Source: Clostridia bacterium
GTDB lineage: Bacteria > Bacillota > Clostridia > Christensenellales > UBA1242
Reading direction: 5' to 3'
DNA length: 64,000 bases
Assembly (NCBI GenBank): GCA_017467585.1
Contig: JAFUSR010000004.1
Location: forward strand, 434,178-498,177
Of this stretch, positions 1-8,754 are shown piece by piece (position 1 is the stretch's first letter; the number at the start of each line of letters is the position of its first letter). The translations under genes were made by a program, and so were the position numbers. A model generated the notes under the pieces. That model made no database searches. It saw nothing but the letters and a program-made list of their open reading frames with translations, and was not told where the DNA came from.

Positions 1-1
1 A

Positions 2-106
2 ATTGCCAATCATGTTTATTATGTTCCATCTCAAAATGGAAATGAAAAATCAATAAAACTTCCAGATAAAAAACTGCAAAATATCAAAAACAAAAATAAA
101 AAATAA
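2..106 (+). CDS. 3' end of a CDS truncated by the window edge, product unknown
   Basis: Frame 2 is open from the window edge to TAA at 104-106 (..IANHVYYVPSQNGNEKSIKLPDKKLQNIKNKNKK). No motif recognised. Confidence 0.25.
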   Translation: MANHVYYVPSQNGNEKSIKLPDKKLQNIKNKNKK

Positions 107-122
107 TCAAAAGAGGGCAAAA

Positions 123-2297
123 ATGTTAGATTCTAAAGAGTTAAAAAAAGAAAAAGATTATCTCAGAAATGTTCTTTATATTCTTGAAAAAGCTGTCGAA
201 AAAAACAAAAAAAAGGTGAGTGATATAAATGAAGATTTAGAGGGAGTCATGAAATATGCATGGGACCCAACAAACCGTCTTTCAGACACAGAATTCACTT
301 ATGCAATTGCCGATATTCACAAACAATCTTATTCAAAAGACATTTTAGAAGACAAGCTTTTCAGTTATAGAAAGATGATTAAAAACGCTTATTTTGCTCG
401 TTTTGATTTTGACGATGGAGAAGATGTTCTCCCTGTCTATTTGGGTATTGCTACTCTTGAAGATGGCGACTTCTTTTATGTTTACGACTGGCGCGCTCCA
501 ATTTGCGGAATGTTTTATGACTATGAACTTGGTGAAGCCAGCTACACAACTCCAAACGGCGACACAATTAAAGGAAAGATAACTCTTAAGCGCCAATATA
601 AAATTGAAGGTGACAAAATTAAAGAGGTGTTTGACACCGACATGCAAATTATTGATGAGATTTTGCAAAAGATGCTTCAAGATAACACCAGTGGCAAAAT
701 GAAAAACATAGTCAACACAATTCAAAAGGAACAAAATAAAATCATCAGAAAAAATGATGTTGATGTTTTGGTGGTGACAGGTCCTGCTGGCAGTGGCAAA
801 ACGAGTGTTGCAATGCACAAGATTGCTTATTTGTTATATTCGCTTAAAGATAAAATAACAAATAGCAACATTTTGATTTTGTCTCCAAATGATATCTTTT
901 CTAACTACATTTCAAATGTGCTACCACAAATAGGAGAGAAAAATGTCTATCAAACAACCTTTATGGACTATGTAAAAACGTTTTTAACTGAATATAGGGT
1001 TGTTGGCTCAATGCCTGACATTTATGAAACAATCTATTCAAATAACACCACAAGCACTGAATATAATTCAATAAAACTTAAGTTTGGCGTTCCTTATATT
1101 CACTTGATTGAAAAATATCTCGAAGATTCGAGAGACGACCTTCTAGGCATAAAAGACATTGTTGTTGATGGAAAGGTGGTTATTGAAAAAGCTTATTTGC
1201 AAAAACTCGCTAATGAGTTTGATTTTGGTGGAATGTGTTATGCTGAACAATATAAGAGATTATGTGATAGAATAATTCTTCACACATCAATAAAAACGCA
1301 AAACAATAAGTCAGCAAATGCAAAAATACGCAAAATGCTTGAGAATAACAAAATAAAACCAAAAGACATATACAACAAATTATTTTCAAATAGAGATTAT
1401 TTTGTGCGATTAGTTGAAGAGGTTTATAACAGTCAAGCGACACCAAAAAAGAATCGTTTGTCAATAAGTGTGTTGACAAAAATTTTCGAGTATACTGCTC
1501 AAAACCTCTCTAAAAATTTAATTCCGTTTGAAGATGTCGACGCATATCTATATTTAAAGGATAGGCTGCTTGGTTCAATCAGTCAAACAAAAATTAAATA
1601 TGTCATCATCGATGAGGCTCAAGACTATTCAATGATGCAATATAAAATTCTTTCAGGAATTTTCAAAAATGCCAATGTCACACTTCTTGGCGACTTAAAT
1701 CAGTCTATAATGCCATTTGCAAACTACAAATCATTTGACACCGTTTTGAATCTTGTTAGCAGCGGAAGAGAAAAGGTAAGGTCAGAAAGCATGCACCTGC
1801 CAAGGACATATCGTTCTACAACCGAAATAAACACTTTTGCAAAATCAATAATTCCAGATAGTCCACTATACAATCAGGTAGACAGACATGGTGATGAAGT
1901 TGAAATATCAAAGATAAGTGGAAATAAGTTTGAAAAGCAAATTGCAGAAGCGGCTCTTCTTAAAAAGAAATTTAATTCTGTTGCAATAATCACAAAAACC
2001 CAAAAAGAGGCAAATGACTTTAAAGAATACATTTTGGCAAACAAGAAAAATAATGTCGCAAAAGTGATAAGTCAAAAAGATAAAGTTTATGTTCCAGACA
2101 GAGTAATGATAATTCCGGCTTATCTTGCTAAGGGTCTAGAATTCGACGCAGTTATCATTTCAGACGCAGATAAAAATGTTTATTCACTTGAAGAAAAAAA
2201 TCTGTTTTACGTTGCGGTAACAAGAGCTCTTCACAAACTAAAAATTTATTATTCAAATAATTTAACTGAAAACATAAAATTGCAAAATAACATCTAA
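123..2297 (+). CDS. helD: HelD-type (helicase IV-like) UvrD/Rep superfamily-1 helicase
   Basis: 724 aa. Walker A VVTGPAGSGKTS, motif II IIDEAQDYS, LGDLNQSI, C-terminal FYVAVTRALHKL. A long N-terminal region precedes Walker A, as in HelD. RBS AGAGGG. Confidence 0.8.
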   Translation: MLDSKELKKEKDYLRNVLYILEKAVEKNKKKVSDINEDLEGVMKYAWDPTNRLSDTEFTYAIADIHKQSYSKDILEDKLFSYRKMIKNAYFARFDFDDGEDVLPVYLGIATLEDGDFFYVYDWRAPICGMFYDYELGEASYTTPNGDTIKGKITLKRQYKIEGDKIKEVFDTDMQIIDEILQKMLQDNTSGKMKNIVNTIQKEQNKIIRKNDVDVLVVTGPAGSGKTSVAMHKIAYLLYSLKDKITNSNILILSPNDIFSNYISNVLPQIGEKNVYQTTFMDYVKTFLTEYRVVGSMPDIYETIYSNNTTSTEYNSIKLKFGVPYIHLIEKYLEDSRDDLLGIKDIVVDGKVVIEKAYLQKLANEFDFGGMCYAEQYKRLCDRIILHTSIKTQNNKSANAKIRKMLENNKIKPKDIYNKLFSNRDYFVRLVEEVYNSQATPKKNRLSISVLTKIFEYTAQNLSKNLIPFEDVDAYLYLKDRLLGSISQTKIKYVIIDEAQDYSMMQYKILSGIFKNANVTLLGDLNQSIMPFANYKSFDTVLNLVSSGREKVRSESMHLPRTYRSTTEINTFAKSIIPDSPLYNQVDRHGDEVEISKISGNKFEKQIAEAALLKKKFNSVAIITKTQKEANDFKEYILANKKNNVAKVISQKDKVYVPDRVMIIPAYLAKGLEFDAVIISDADKNVYSLEEKNLFYVAVTRALHKLKIYYSNNLTENIKLQNNI

Positions 2298-2320
2298 AAA
2301 ACATCAAAAAAGGAGTTAAA

Positions 2321-3313
2321 ATGGCTCAAAACACAAGAAAAAGTGATCTGTCCAGCAGCTATTCGCGAAATCTCATTAAAGGCAATGTCACCGGAAATTT
2401 GGGAATAACCTCGGCTGTTAGATATCAAAAAATCTATGGCGAGGGCGTTGACCAATTTGACGTAATAAGAATGCTTCATCGCGAAAACGCATTTAGATTT
2501 TGGTGGTATCTTCTAACCATTGTTGCAACACTTGCCAACATAATAATCTTTCCACAAAGTTGGCTTGCGTCACTTGAAATTTTTATTCTCATTTTAAACA
2601 TTGACTTTGTGTGCAGGGGCAAGGTTATTGGAATTTATTTGGGAATTTTAGATTGCGTATTTTATATTGTTGTGTGTTCGCTCTCTGGGCTTTGGGGAGA
2701 AGTGATCAGAATGGCAGCAATTAACATTCCGCTAAATATTCTTGCCATTGTCAATTGGACGAAGAACATAAAAAAGAAAAAGACGAATGCCACTTCAGCC
2801 GAAAGCAGTTCAACAATTGAGGTTAGAAAATTAACAAAAAAAGCTTATCTAATTTATTCGGCAATTTTGGTTGCATCTTGCGTTGGTGGATATTTTCTTT
2901 TGAACGCTCTTGGAACATCATCAATTGTCATGTCAACAATTCTCTTTGGTGTTGGAATAGTCTATAAACTTCTTAGCAGCTTCCGCTATAAAGAGTCTTA
3001 CATAATGGCAATCATCTCTTGTTTGCTTGGCACAGGCTTGTGGGTTACAATGATATTCATCAAGGGGCCAGCCGATGCAATTGCTCCAACAATCATGTAT
3101 GTGGCAAATCTTGCTGATGCAATTTATGGGCTAATTTTCTGGAACGGACTCTATCGCGAGAGCAACATAAATGGTGGCAAACTGTTTGCTAAGCGCAAAG
3201 TGAAAATTAAAAACATAATAAAGCTTCGCAGAATGTATAAAAATCTATACTTTGATGAATCGGTTAACATCGAACAGAATCAAAGGGCAAAAGAAAAAAA
3301 CAATAATAAATAA
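2321..3313 (+). CDS. Polytopic membrane protein, tentatively PnuC-like nicotinamide riboside transporter
   Basis: 330 aa with about seven hydrophobic segments. Trp motifs (NILAIVNWTKN, IYGLIFWNG) are placed as in PnuC. RBS AAGGAG. The family call is tentative. Confidence 0.5.
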   Translation: MAQNTRKSDLSSSYSRNLIKGNVTGNLGITSAVRYQKIYGEGVDQFDVIRMLHRENAFRFWWYLLTIVATLANIIIFPQSWLASLEIFILILNIDFVCRGKVIGIYLGILDCVFYIVVCSLSGLWGEVIRMAAINIPLNILAIVNWTKNIKKKKTNATSAESSSTIEVRKLTKKAYLIYSAILVASCVGGYFLLNALGTSSIVMSTILFGVGIVYKLLSSFRYKESYIMAIISCLLGTGLWVTMIFIKGPADAIAPTIMYVANLADAIYGLIFWNGLYRESNINGGKLFAKRKVKIKNIIKLRRMYKNLYFDESVNIEQNQRAKEKNNNK

Positions 3314-3436
3314 GTCCAGCAATTGTCTGGACTTTTCTTTTGACAATTGCATTGTCAAAAAATCAATAAATACCTATTGACAAAATTTCCATGGTATTAT
3401 ATAATTATTGTACGAATTGAAGCGGAGGTGAAGAAC

Positions 3437-4009
3437 ATGAGAGATAAACGCACCATAGCATTATTTATTTCATCAATAGTTGCTCTTGTCGCAAGCATTT
3501 CAATTTCTGTTGGAATGGCTGTGGCTTTTGCTGATCCAGTAATTGCAACAAACCTTCCAGTTTTATCATATAAGGTAACAGCAAATCAAGTTAGAGAAAT
3601 GAACTTAGATCCAGTAAGTGCATTTAACGAAAACGTAGAAGAATATGTTCTTGTAAATTCTTACGACGAAGTTCTTTATGCAAACGAGGCAGTGGTTAAC
3701 GACATTCGTTTAGCAAAAATGACTGTCGAAAATGACTACACAACCGATGCAGTATTTCGTGTAACAGTTCTTGTTGAAGGAACAACAAACGCTGTAAATC
3801 ACGTAAAGATTGCAATCTTTGATTTACAAACAAGAGAAGTATATCGCTTTAAAGGAAATCAAACCAGCGTTGATATTTCACTTGAAAACAACAAAACAGG
3901 AAGATATATTTTAGCAGCCTATGTTAAAACAGCTTTCGAAACCGAAGAGGTTGTGTTCCCAGAAACCTACATGAGACTTACAATTTCAACCGAACAAGTA
4001 AACGTTTAA
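3437..4009 (+). CDS. Secreted or membrane-anchored hypothetical protein
   Basis: ATG 3437 follows GGAGGTG, whereas the track ORF starts upstream at 3347. N-terminal hydrophobic segment ends in AFA-D. No known domain seen. Confidence 0.6.
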   Translation: MRDKRTIALFISSIVALVASISISVGMAVAFADPVIATNLPVLSYKVTANQVREMNLDPVSAFNENVEEYVLVNSYDEVLYANEAVVNDIRLAKMTVENDYTTDAVFRVTVLVEGTTNAVNHVKIAIFDLQTREVYRFKGNQTSVDISLENNKTGRYILAAYVKTAFETEEVVFPETYMRLTISTEQVNV

Positions 4010-4065
4010 CTAACAAAAAAAACCTGTCAGTTTAGTCTAATCGATTTGAAACTTGCTAAATACTT

Positions 4066-4100
4066 AACACTTTAACTTGAAAAAGTTAGAGTGTTTTTTA
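4066..4100 (+). terminator. Intrinsic terminator after the 3437..4009 gene
   Basis: 12-bp stem AACACTTTAACT/AGTTAGAGTGTT (one G-T pair), 6-nt loop, then TTTTTT. Confidence 0.65.
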
Positions 4101-4235
4101 ATTCTCTCTTAACCAGCCAACAAAACGGATATTATGCCGTTGTCATAGGTTGTCGTTATCGTTTTAACAATTATACTTATTAGACATACATTTTAACCTT
4201 GACAACAAAGAATATTCGTTTAAACTAAAAAACAA

Positions 4236-4379
4236 CGAGAAAAAAGAGAAAGAGTGTCGTGCGAATGCTAACGCTAGCACACACTCTTTCTTCTAACCAA
4301 GTTTGTTTATATCGTGCTTGTCTTCGGTGGAGCGAAGCGACACCGACTTGTATCAAGACAAGCACATGTTTAAATGCCA
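4236..4379 (-). ncRNA. Candidate structured RNA (or ssDNA-form element), copy 1, paralogous to 25832..26001
   Basis: Minus-strand reading: TGGCATTTAAAC, then an 11-bp stem (GTGCTTGTCTT/AAGACAAGCAC) enclosing a 5-bp stem (CGGTG/CACCG), a linker containing TAAACAAACTTG, then a 10+4-bp hairpin and T-tract. The 66-nt core matches copy 2 at 64/66 positions. No convincing promoter found. Confidence 0.4.
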
Positions 4380-4469
4380 CGTTAATAAATTTAGAAAATT
4401 TGCTTAAAATTAATATAAAAATAAATAGACATATGTTATAATAAATATACAAGAGTTTTAGGAGGAATT

Positions 4470-7310
4470 ATGGAAAAAATAAAAAGAAGAAGTTTTTTAA
4501 TTATTTTTGCTTTAATTTTGATTCTGCCATTTGCATTTATTTTAACTGCTTGTGGTGGGGAAACATCTAAGTCAAAGGAAATAACAGATTTAAGAATTAG
4601 GCTTGGAGAAAACGAATGGGCTAATAGTATAAGCGTTGATTATGGAACAACAATCGGAGAGATGTTTGAGGATGCAACATTCTATTTTGTTTATAGCGAT
4701 GGTGAGAAGAAAGATGTTGTTGAGAGTAATTTTTCTGAAAGCGAATGGAATGAAATCTCAAACTCTTATGCTGAACAATATTTTGTTCAAATTGTAAATG
4801 AAGTAACTGGGGAAAGTAATTACGAGCCATACACTGGCAACACAACTTCAAGAGCCGTTCTTGAGGTTGGTCAGTATAGAGTAGATATTTCACTTAAGAA
4901 TAAGACAGCCTCCATTTATGTGAGTGTTTATCAAGCTTCACTGCAGTCAAAACAGTTGTCAGTTGTTATTTTGCCAAACGAGAATAACAATTATGGTAGT
5001 AAACTTAATGCTGTGCAAACTTATAAATATGGAATGCCTATAAATCATTTTGAAAATGATGAGGAAAACTACACCTCTGATTATAAAATTTATGTTATAG
5101 ATAAACAAAACAATAACAAGGTGCTTTCTGGCACAGATGTTAAACAGGTTTATGCTTTGCCAGAAGTTTATGAAGGTGGGGTTTATTCTTCTTTTGACGA
5201 CATTGAAGAAGGCGACAACTTGCTTGAATATTATAATACAATCGAGGTTTTGGACGATTCTAGCAATATTGATGAAAGGGTCACTTTTCAAAAGAAACAA
5301 GAGTTTTTGCTTGCATATGGATGGCAAATCACAACAGGACACAACTATTCTGATAATTCTCTTATACTGCAAACAGAAAGATTAAAACCAGGCAATTATC
5401 ATTTGTTTGCAAATTATGAGAGCAAAAACTATCAATCTATATACACAGAGCCACTTACCGAACTTGTTGTTGAAAAAGGTGTTTTTGACTTAAAAAAGGC
5501 TATTAGATATAGTGGTCAAGAATGGAGCGAAGAAAATGCTGAAGAAATTATAAGCAAAGTAAAAATAAACATAAACTATACCTTTAATTTAGATTCCCCA
5601 CTTAACACAGTGGATTATTATGGAAATGTGGTAAAAGCTCTCACCGCTACACAACTCAACCAATACAATGTTTCAGCAAATGCTGATTACAATTCTGACA
5701 ATGCCTTTTCAGATGTTGACTTTGGATATGCTGGAGGTGGATACACAGGGCTTAGCTTAGGAAAATTTAGGCTTGTTGAGAAAGATGCAAATAGAAAAGA
5801 TATCAGATTTGACTGTGACAGTATTTTAGATGAAAGTGTGAAATTTGTATATATTCTTGATAATAATGATTATTATGAAAATGACCCTACAGTTTATACA
5901 ACAGATGACTTTGATGAAGTTTCGCTTAACATTTCAAAAGGTCAGGTTTCAAGACCATATGCCTCAATTGGAAATAATCTTTCAAGAGAATATACCGGCG
6001 AGAGTCAAACAGTTGAAAATGCTGGGTTAAATATAGATAATTACGATAAGGCGCTTCTTGAGCAAATAGGCATATATAGTGCAACTGAAATAGGCAACTA
6101 TTCAATCACATTCAAACTTAAAGACAGCACAAACTTCTGCTTCAGAGAAGAAGACAATAGTTATAACTATGGCGAAGATGATGGAAATGGTGGAAGAACA
6201 TTTACCTGGGCAATCACACCTATTGAATTTAGTGCCTGGGACTGGGGATATGATCATCTTGAAGGAAGCTACAACGAAGAACAACTTGAGTATGTAAGTA
6301 GCGTGCAATATATTTCTGGAGTTCATACATTAAGGGTTTCTCTTCCAAAAGACAGCAAATATGATTTGCTTAAATCGAAAGTTCCAACAGCTAAAATTGT
6401 TTGGGAAAGAGTGGAAACAAACAATGATGCCATTGCAACACTTACTCCAGATGGAGATGATTTAGTTATTACTTTTGCAAGCGAAGGATATGTCAATCTC
6501 AAGGCAACAATTGCAGAAACAGACTACTCTTTGGCTTTTGAAAATGCAAACTTACAAGTTGTTATAAACAACGCAAGTTTCACACAAGAACAAAAGGCAG
6601 CAATTTTGGCCGAAATTGGTGCAGAAGAAAAAGATAACGATGTATATGGACTAGATGCAAATCACACGATTAGAATTAGCAGAATTTCAATGCTTCTTCC
6701 AAATGTTTTGCCAGATTACACAGATGTGCTTAATCCACCAGCAACAGCAGACCTTGGAGAATGGAAAATATACTACAATGATGGAAATGAATACATTGAA
6801 AAACACAATGGTTCTCACCTTGACGGCGAAGACACTATTGGCTGGATGTTTAGATTTATTCCAAGTGATGATATGTTTAATGGACTTTGGGTCTATGTTG
6901 ATTTCATAAATGACATTGAATTCTATAACGAAGATATTCCAACGGAAGCTATTGATGCTCTTAAACAAGATGTCCCATTTACATTTGATACAACAACAAA
7001 TAAATATATAGCAACAAACTCTATCACTATGGAAAGAACTGGAAATTCAGTAATGTTGCCAGACAATACTCTTGTTGTGACATCTGAAAATGGTGGATAT
7101 CTTGAATATGAAGGCATTGAAGGAAAGTGGAGAGTTTATGCTGATGATGTTCCTTTTGAAAATAGATCAAACTATTATTTCGATGTTGAAGGTCAATCTG
7201 AAGAATGGATAACATCAAGTGAAAGAGTTTGGACAATTCAATTTGTTCCTAGAAATACAGGCTATAATAATGTAGTTATAAACGTTAATGTAATTATTCC
7301 AAATAATTAA
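4470..7310 (+). CDS. Large surface lipoprotein, function unknown
   Basis: 946 aa. Signal peptide with lipobox LTAC-GG. Asn/Tyr/Glu-rich extracellular-type composition. RBS AGGAGG. Extended -10 TGTTATAAT at 4434-4442. Confidence 0.75.
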   Translation: MEKIKRRSFLIIFALILILPFAFILTACGGETSKSKEITDLRIRLGENEWANSISVDYGTTIGEMFEDATFYFVYSDGEKKDVVESNFSESEWNEISNSYAEQYFVQIVNEVTGESNYEPYTGNTTSRAVLEVGQYRVDISLKNKTASIYVSVYQASLQSKQLSVVILPNENNNYGSKLNAVQTYKYGMPINHFENDEENYTSDYKIYVIDKQNNNKVLSGTDVKQVYALPEVYEGGVYSSFDDIEEGDNLLEYYNTIEVLDDSSNIDERVTFQKKQEFLLAYGWQITTGHNYSDNSLILQTERLKPGNYHLFANYESKNYQSIYTEPLTELVVEKGVFDLKKAIRYSGQEWSEENAEEIISKVKININYTFNLDSPLNTVDYYGNVVKALTATQLNQYNVSANADYNSDNAFSDVDFGYAGGGYTGLSLGKFRLVEKDANRKDIRFDCDSILDESVKFVYILDNNDYYENDPTVYTTDDFDEVSLNISKGQVSRPYASIGNNLSREYTGESQTVENAGLNIDNYDKALLEQIGIYSATEIGNYSITFKLKDSTNFCFREEDNSYNYGEDDGNGGRTFTWAITPIEFSAWDWGYDHLEGSYNEEQLEYVSSVQYISGVHTLRVSLPKDSKYDLLKSKVPTAKIVWERVETNNDAIATLTPDGDDLVITFASEGYVNLKATIAETDYSLAFENANLQVVINNASFTQEQKAAILAEIGAEEKDNDVYGLDANHTIRISRISMLLPNVLPDYTDVLNPPATADLGEWKIYYNDGNEYIEKHNGSHLDGEDTIGWMFRFIPSDDMFNGLWVYVDFINDIEFYNEDIPTEAIDALKQDVPFTFDTTTNKYIATNSITMERTGNSVMLPDNTLVVTSENGGYLEYEGIEGKWRVYADDVPFENRSNYYFDVEGQSEEWITSSERVWTIQFVPRNTGYNNVVINVNVIIPNN

Positions 7311-7312
7311 CG

Positions 7313-7343
7313 AAAAAGGCACCTACTTAGGTGCTTTTTTTTG
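7313..7343 (+). terminator. Intrinsic terminator
   Basis: GGCACC-TACTTA-GGTGC stem-loop flanked by an A-run and TTTTTTTT. Confidence 0.7.
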
Positions 7344-7445
7344 TAATAAAAACCATTTTAATTTATTTTATAAAAAACACATAAAAGCGATAAAAAATAG
7401 ATTATTATATGCTATAATTAAAATATAAATAGTTTGGAGGAAACC

Positions 7446-7715
7446 ATGAGAGGAAAATCAATATTATTTTCTATAATTTCGATTATAACGTATGTTGGTG
7501 TTATTTTTGGAATAGTAATGATTGTTAAAACGCAATTTTTGCTAGGACTTGTTGGGCTATTGCTATTCATAATTCCTGTTTCTTTTCAAAAGAAAGCTAT
7601 CAGTGAAGCTGGTGGAAAGGTTGATGGTTTTATTGCTAAATTTGGTGTTCCCATTATTGCAGCAATCATTGGACTGGTTGCAATAATGGCAGTTGCTTTT
7701 TGGATTAAATTTTAG
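7446..7715 (+). CDS. Small integral membrane protein
   Basis: 89 aa from ATG 7446 (GGAGG 5 nt upstream; the track start 7434 is TTG). Two or three hydrophobic helices. Confidence 0.55.
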   Translation: MRGKSILFSIISIITYVGVIFGIVMIVKTQFLLGLVGLLLFIIPVSFQKKAISEAGGKVDGFIAKFGVPIIAAIIGLVAIMAVAFWIKF

Positions 7716-7798
7716 TCAAAGCACAAATTTAGACTTATATTTTAATTTAGCAATACTATAACTTGCAACTATAACTTCTGAAATGATTGGAGAATAAC

Positions 7799-7833
7799 AA
7801 AAATGACTTAGCGATAGGCTAGGTCATTTTTAT
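7799..7833. terminator. Bidirectional intrinsic terminator between convergent genes
   Basis: AAATGACTTAGC-GATAG-GCTAGGTCATTT stem with an A-run upstream and a T-run downstream. Confidence 0.6.
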
Positions 7834-7872
7834 TGCAAGTTTAAAAGTTTTTAACCTTTGACAGGTTTGTTT

Positions 7873-8592
7873 TTATAATTCAACTTTAGAAAAGATATAG
7901 TTATCTGCAAATTTTCTTGCGCGCTCAAGTTCGCTTTGGCTGTTAACGTGAAAGGCGAGCAGTGGCAAATTTTTATACTTTTTAACAAATCTGTTAGGCA
8001 AGTCACAAGATTCATAAATAATAAAGTTTGGCTCAGAGACGGTGTCGTTAAGTTTCATGCGCTTATATGCAGACCTTGTGAAAAAAGGAAGGGCAGAGCC
8101 TTTATAAAAACTGCTAATTTGACCCCTTTTAACTTTTGGTGCATGTTCTTTGAACCATTCAAGTGTAAAAGGATTTGCGCTGGCAACGGCAAATTCTCCC
8201 TTATATCCTTGAAGGGTTTTCCAAACATATTTTTCATAGTGAGGAGTGTCCAAACTCTTAATATTTACAATAACAGGAACTTGTCCGTTAACAAATTCAA
8301 GAACTTCCAAAAGTGTAGGAATCTTCTCGTGAGAGCCGGCGAGATAAAGTGTGTTAATGTCTGCGAGAGAGCAGTGTCTAACAAAGCCATCACTGTTTGT
8401 CATTCTTCCAAGAGTGCTGTCAGAAAAAACAACAATAGAGTTGTCTGAAAGTGCTCTAACATCAAGGCAGAGCCCATATCCTTTTTCAACAGCGAGTTTA
8501 ATTGCCTGCATGCTGTTTTCAGGAATTTCATCATTAAAAAGTCCTTTGTGAGAGATTGGTGTGTGTCTAATCCAGTTGTCGAAATTGTTCAT
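7873..8592 (-). CDS. Glycerophosphodiester phosphodiesterase (GDPD) family protein
   Basis: 239 aa. N-terminal SHKG..ENS..A...A...G, then LDVR, FSDSTLGRMTN and KIPTLLEVLE, matching the GDPD motif order. Confidence 0.7.
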   Translation of the reverse strand: MNNFDNWIRHTPISHKGLFNDEIPENSMQAIKLAVEKGYGLCLDVRALSDNSIVVFSDSTLGRMTNSDGFVRHCSLADINTLYLAGSHEKIPTLLEVLEFVNGQVPVIVNIKSLDTPHYEKYVWKTLQGYKGEFAVASANPFTLEWFKEHAPKVKRGQISSFYKGSALPFFTRSAYKRMKLNDTVSEPNFIIYESCDLPNRFVKKYKNLPLLAFHVNSQSELERARKFADNYIFSKVEL

Positions 8593-8717
8593 ACAAAAAA
8601 TACCTCAAAAGTTTATTGCTGACAATATATTACACCATAACAGGCCAAAATTACTAGTGTTTGATGCAAATTGCCCCAAATTTTTAAAAATAGTGTAAAA
8701 CCGAGATAAAAAAATCA

Positions 8718-8746
8718 TTGCAAATAGTTTGTTATTTATATATAAT
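8718..8746 (+). promoter_or_regulatory. SigA-type promoter of lepA (TTGCAA-17-TATAAT)
   Basis: TTGCAA 8718-8723, 17-nt spacer, TATAAT 8741-8746. The -10 ends only 8 nt before the lepA ATG. Confidence 0.5.
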
Positions 8747-8754
8747 AATTACAT

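Noticed and set aside
345-818. Long antisense ORFs inside helD (345..818), the GDPD gene (7936..8448) and topA (33247..33795, 34522..35040)
   Set aside because: They lie wholly within genes that have strong motif support on the other strand. They have no RBS and a biased hydrophobic or Cys-rich composition typical of antisense frames in A+T-rich genomes.
4225-4452. Track ORFs 4225..4452 (-) and 4259..4441 (+)
   Set aside because: They run through the structured element and its terminator. They have no RBS, and their products are not conserved with ORFs across copy 2.
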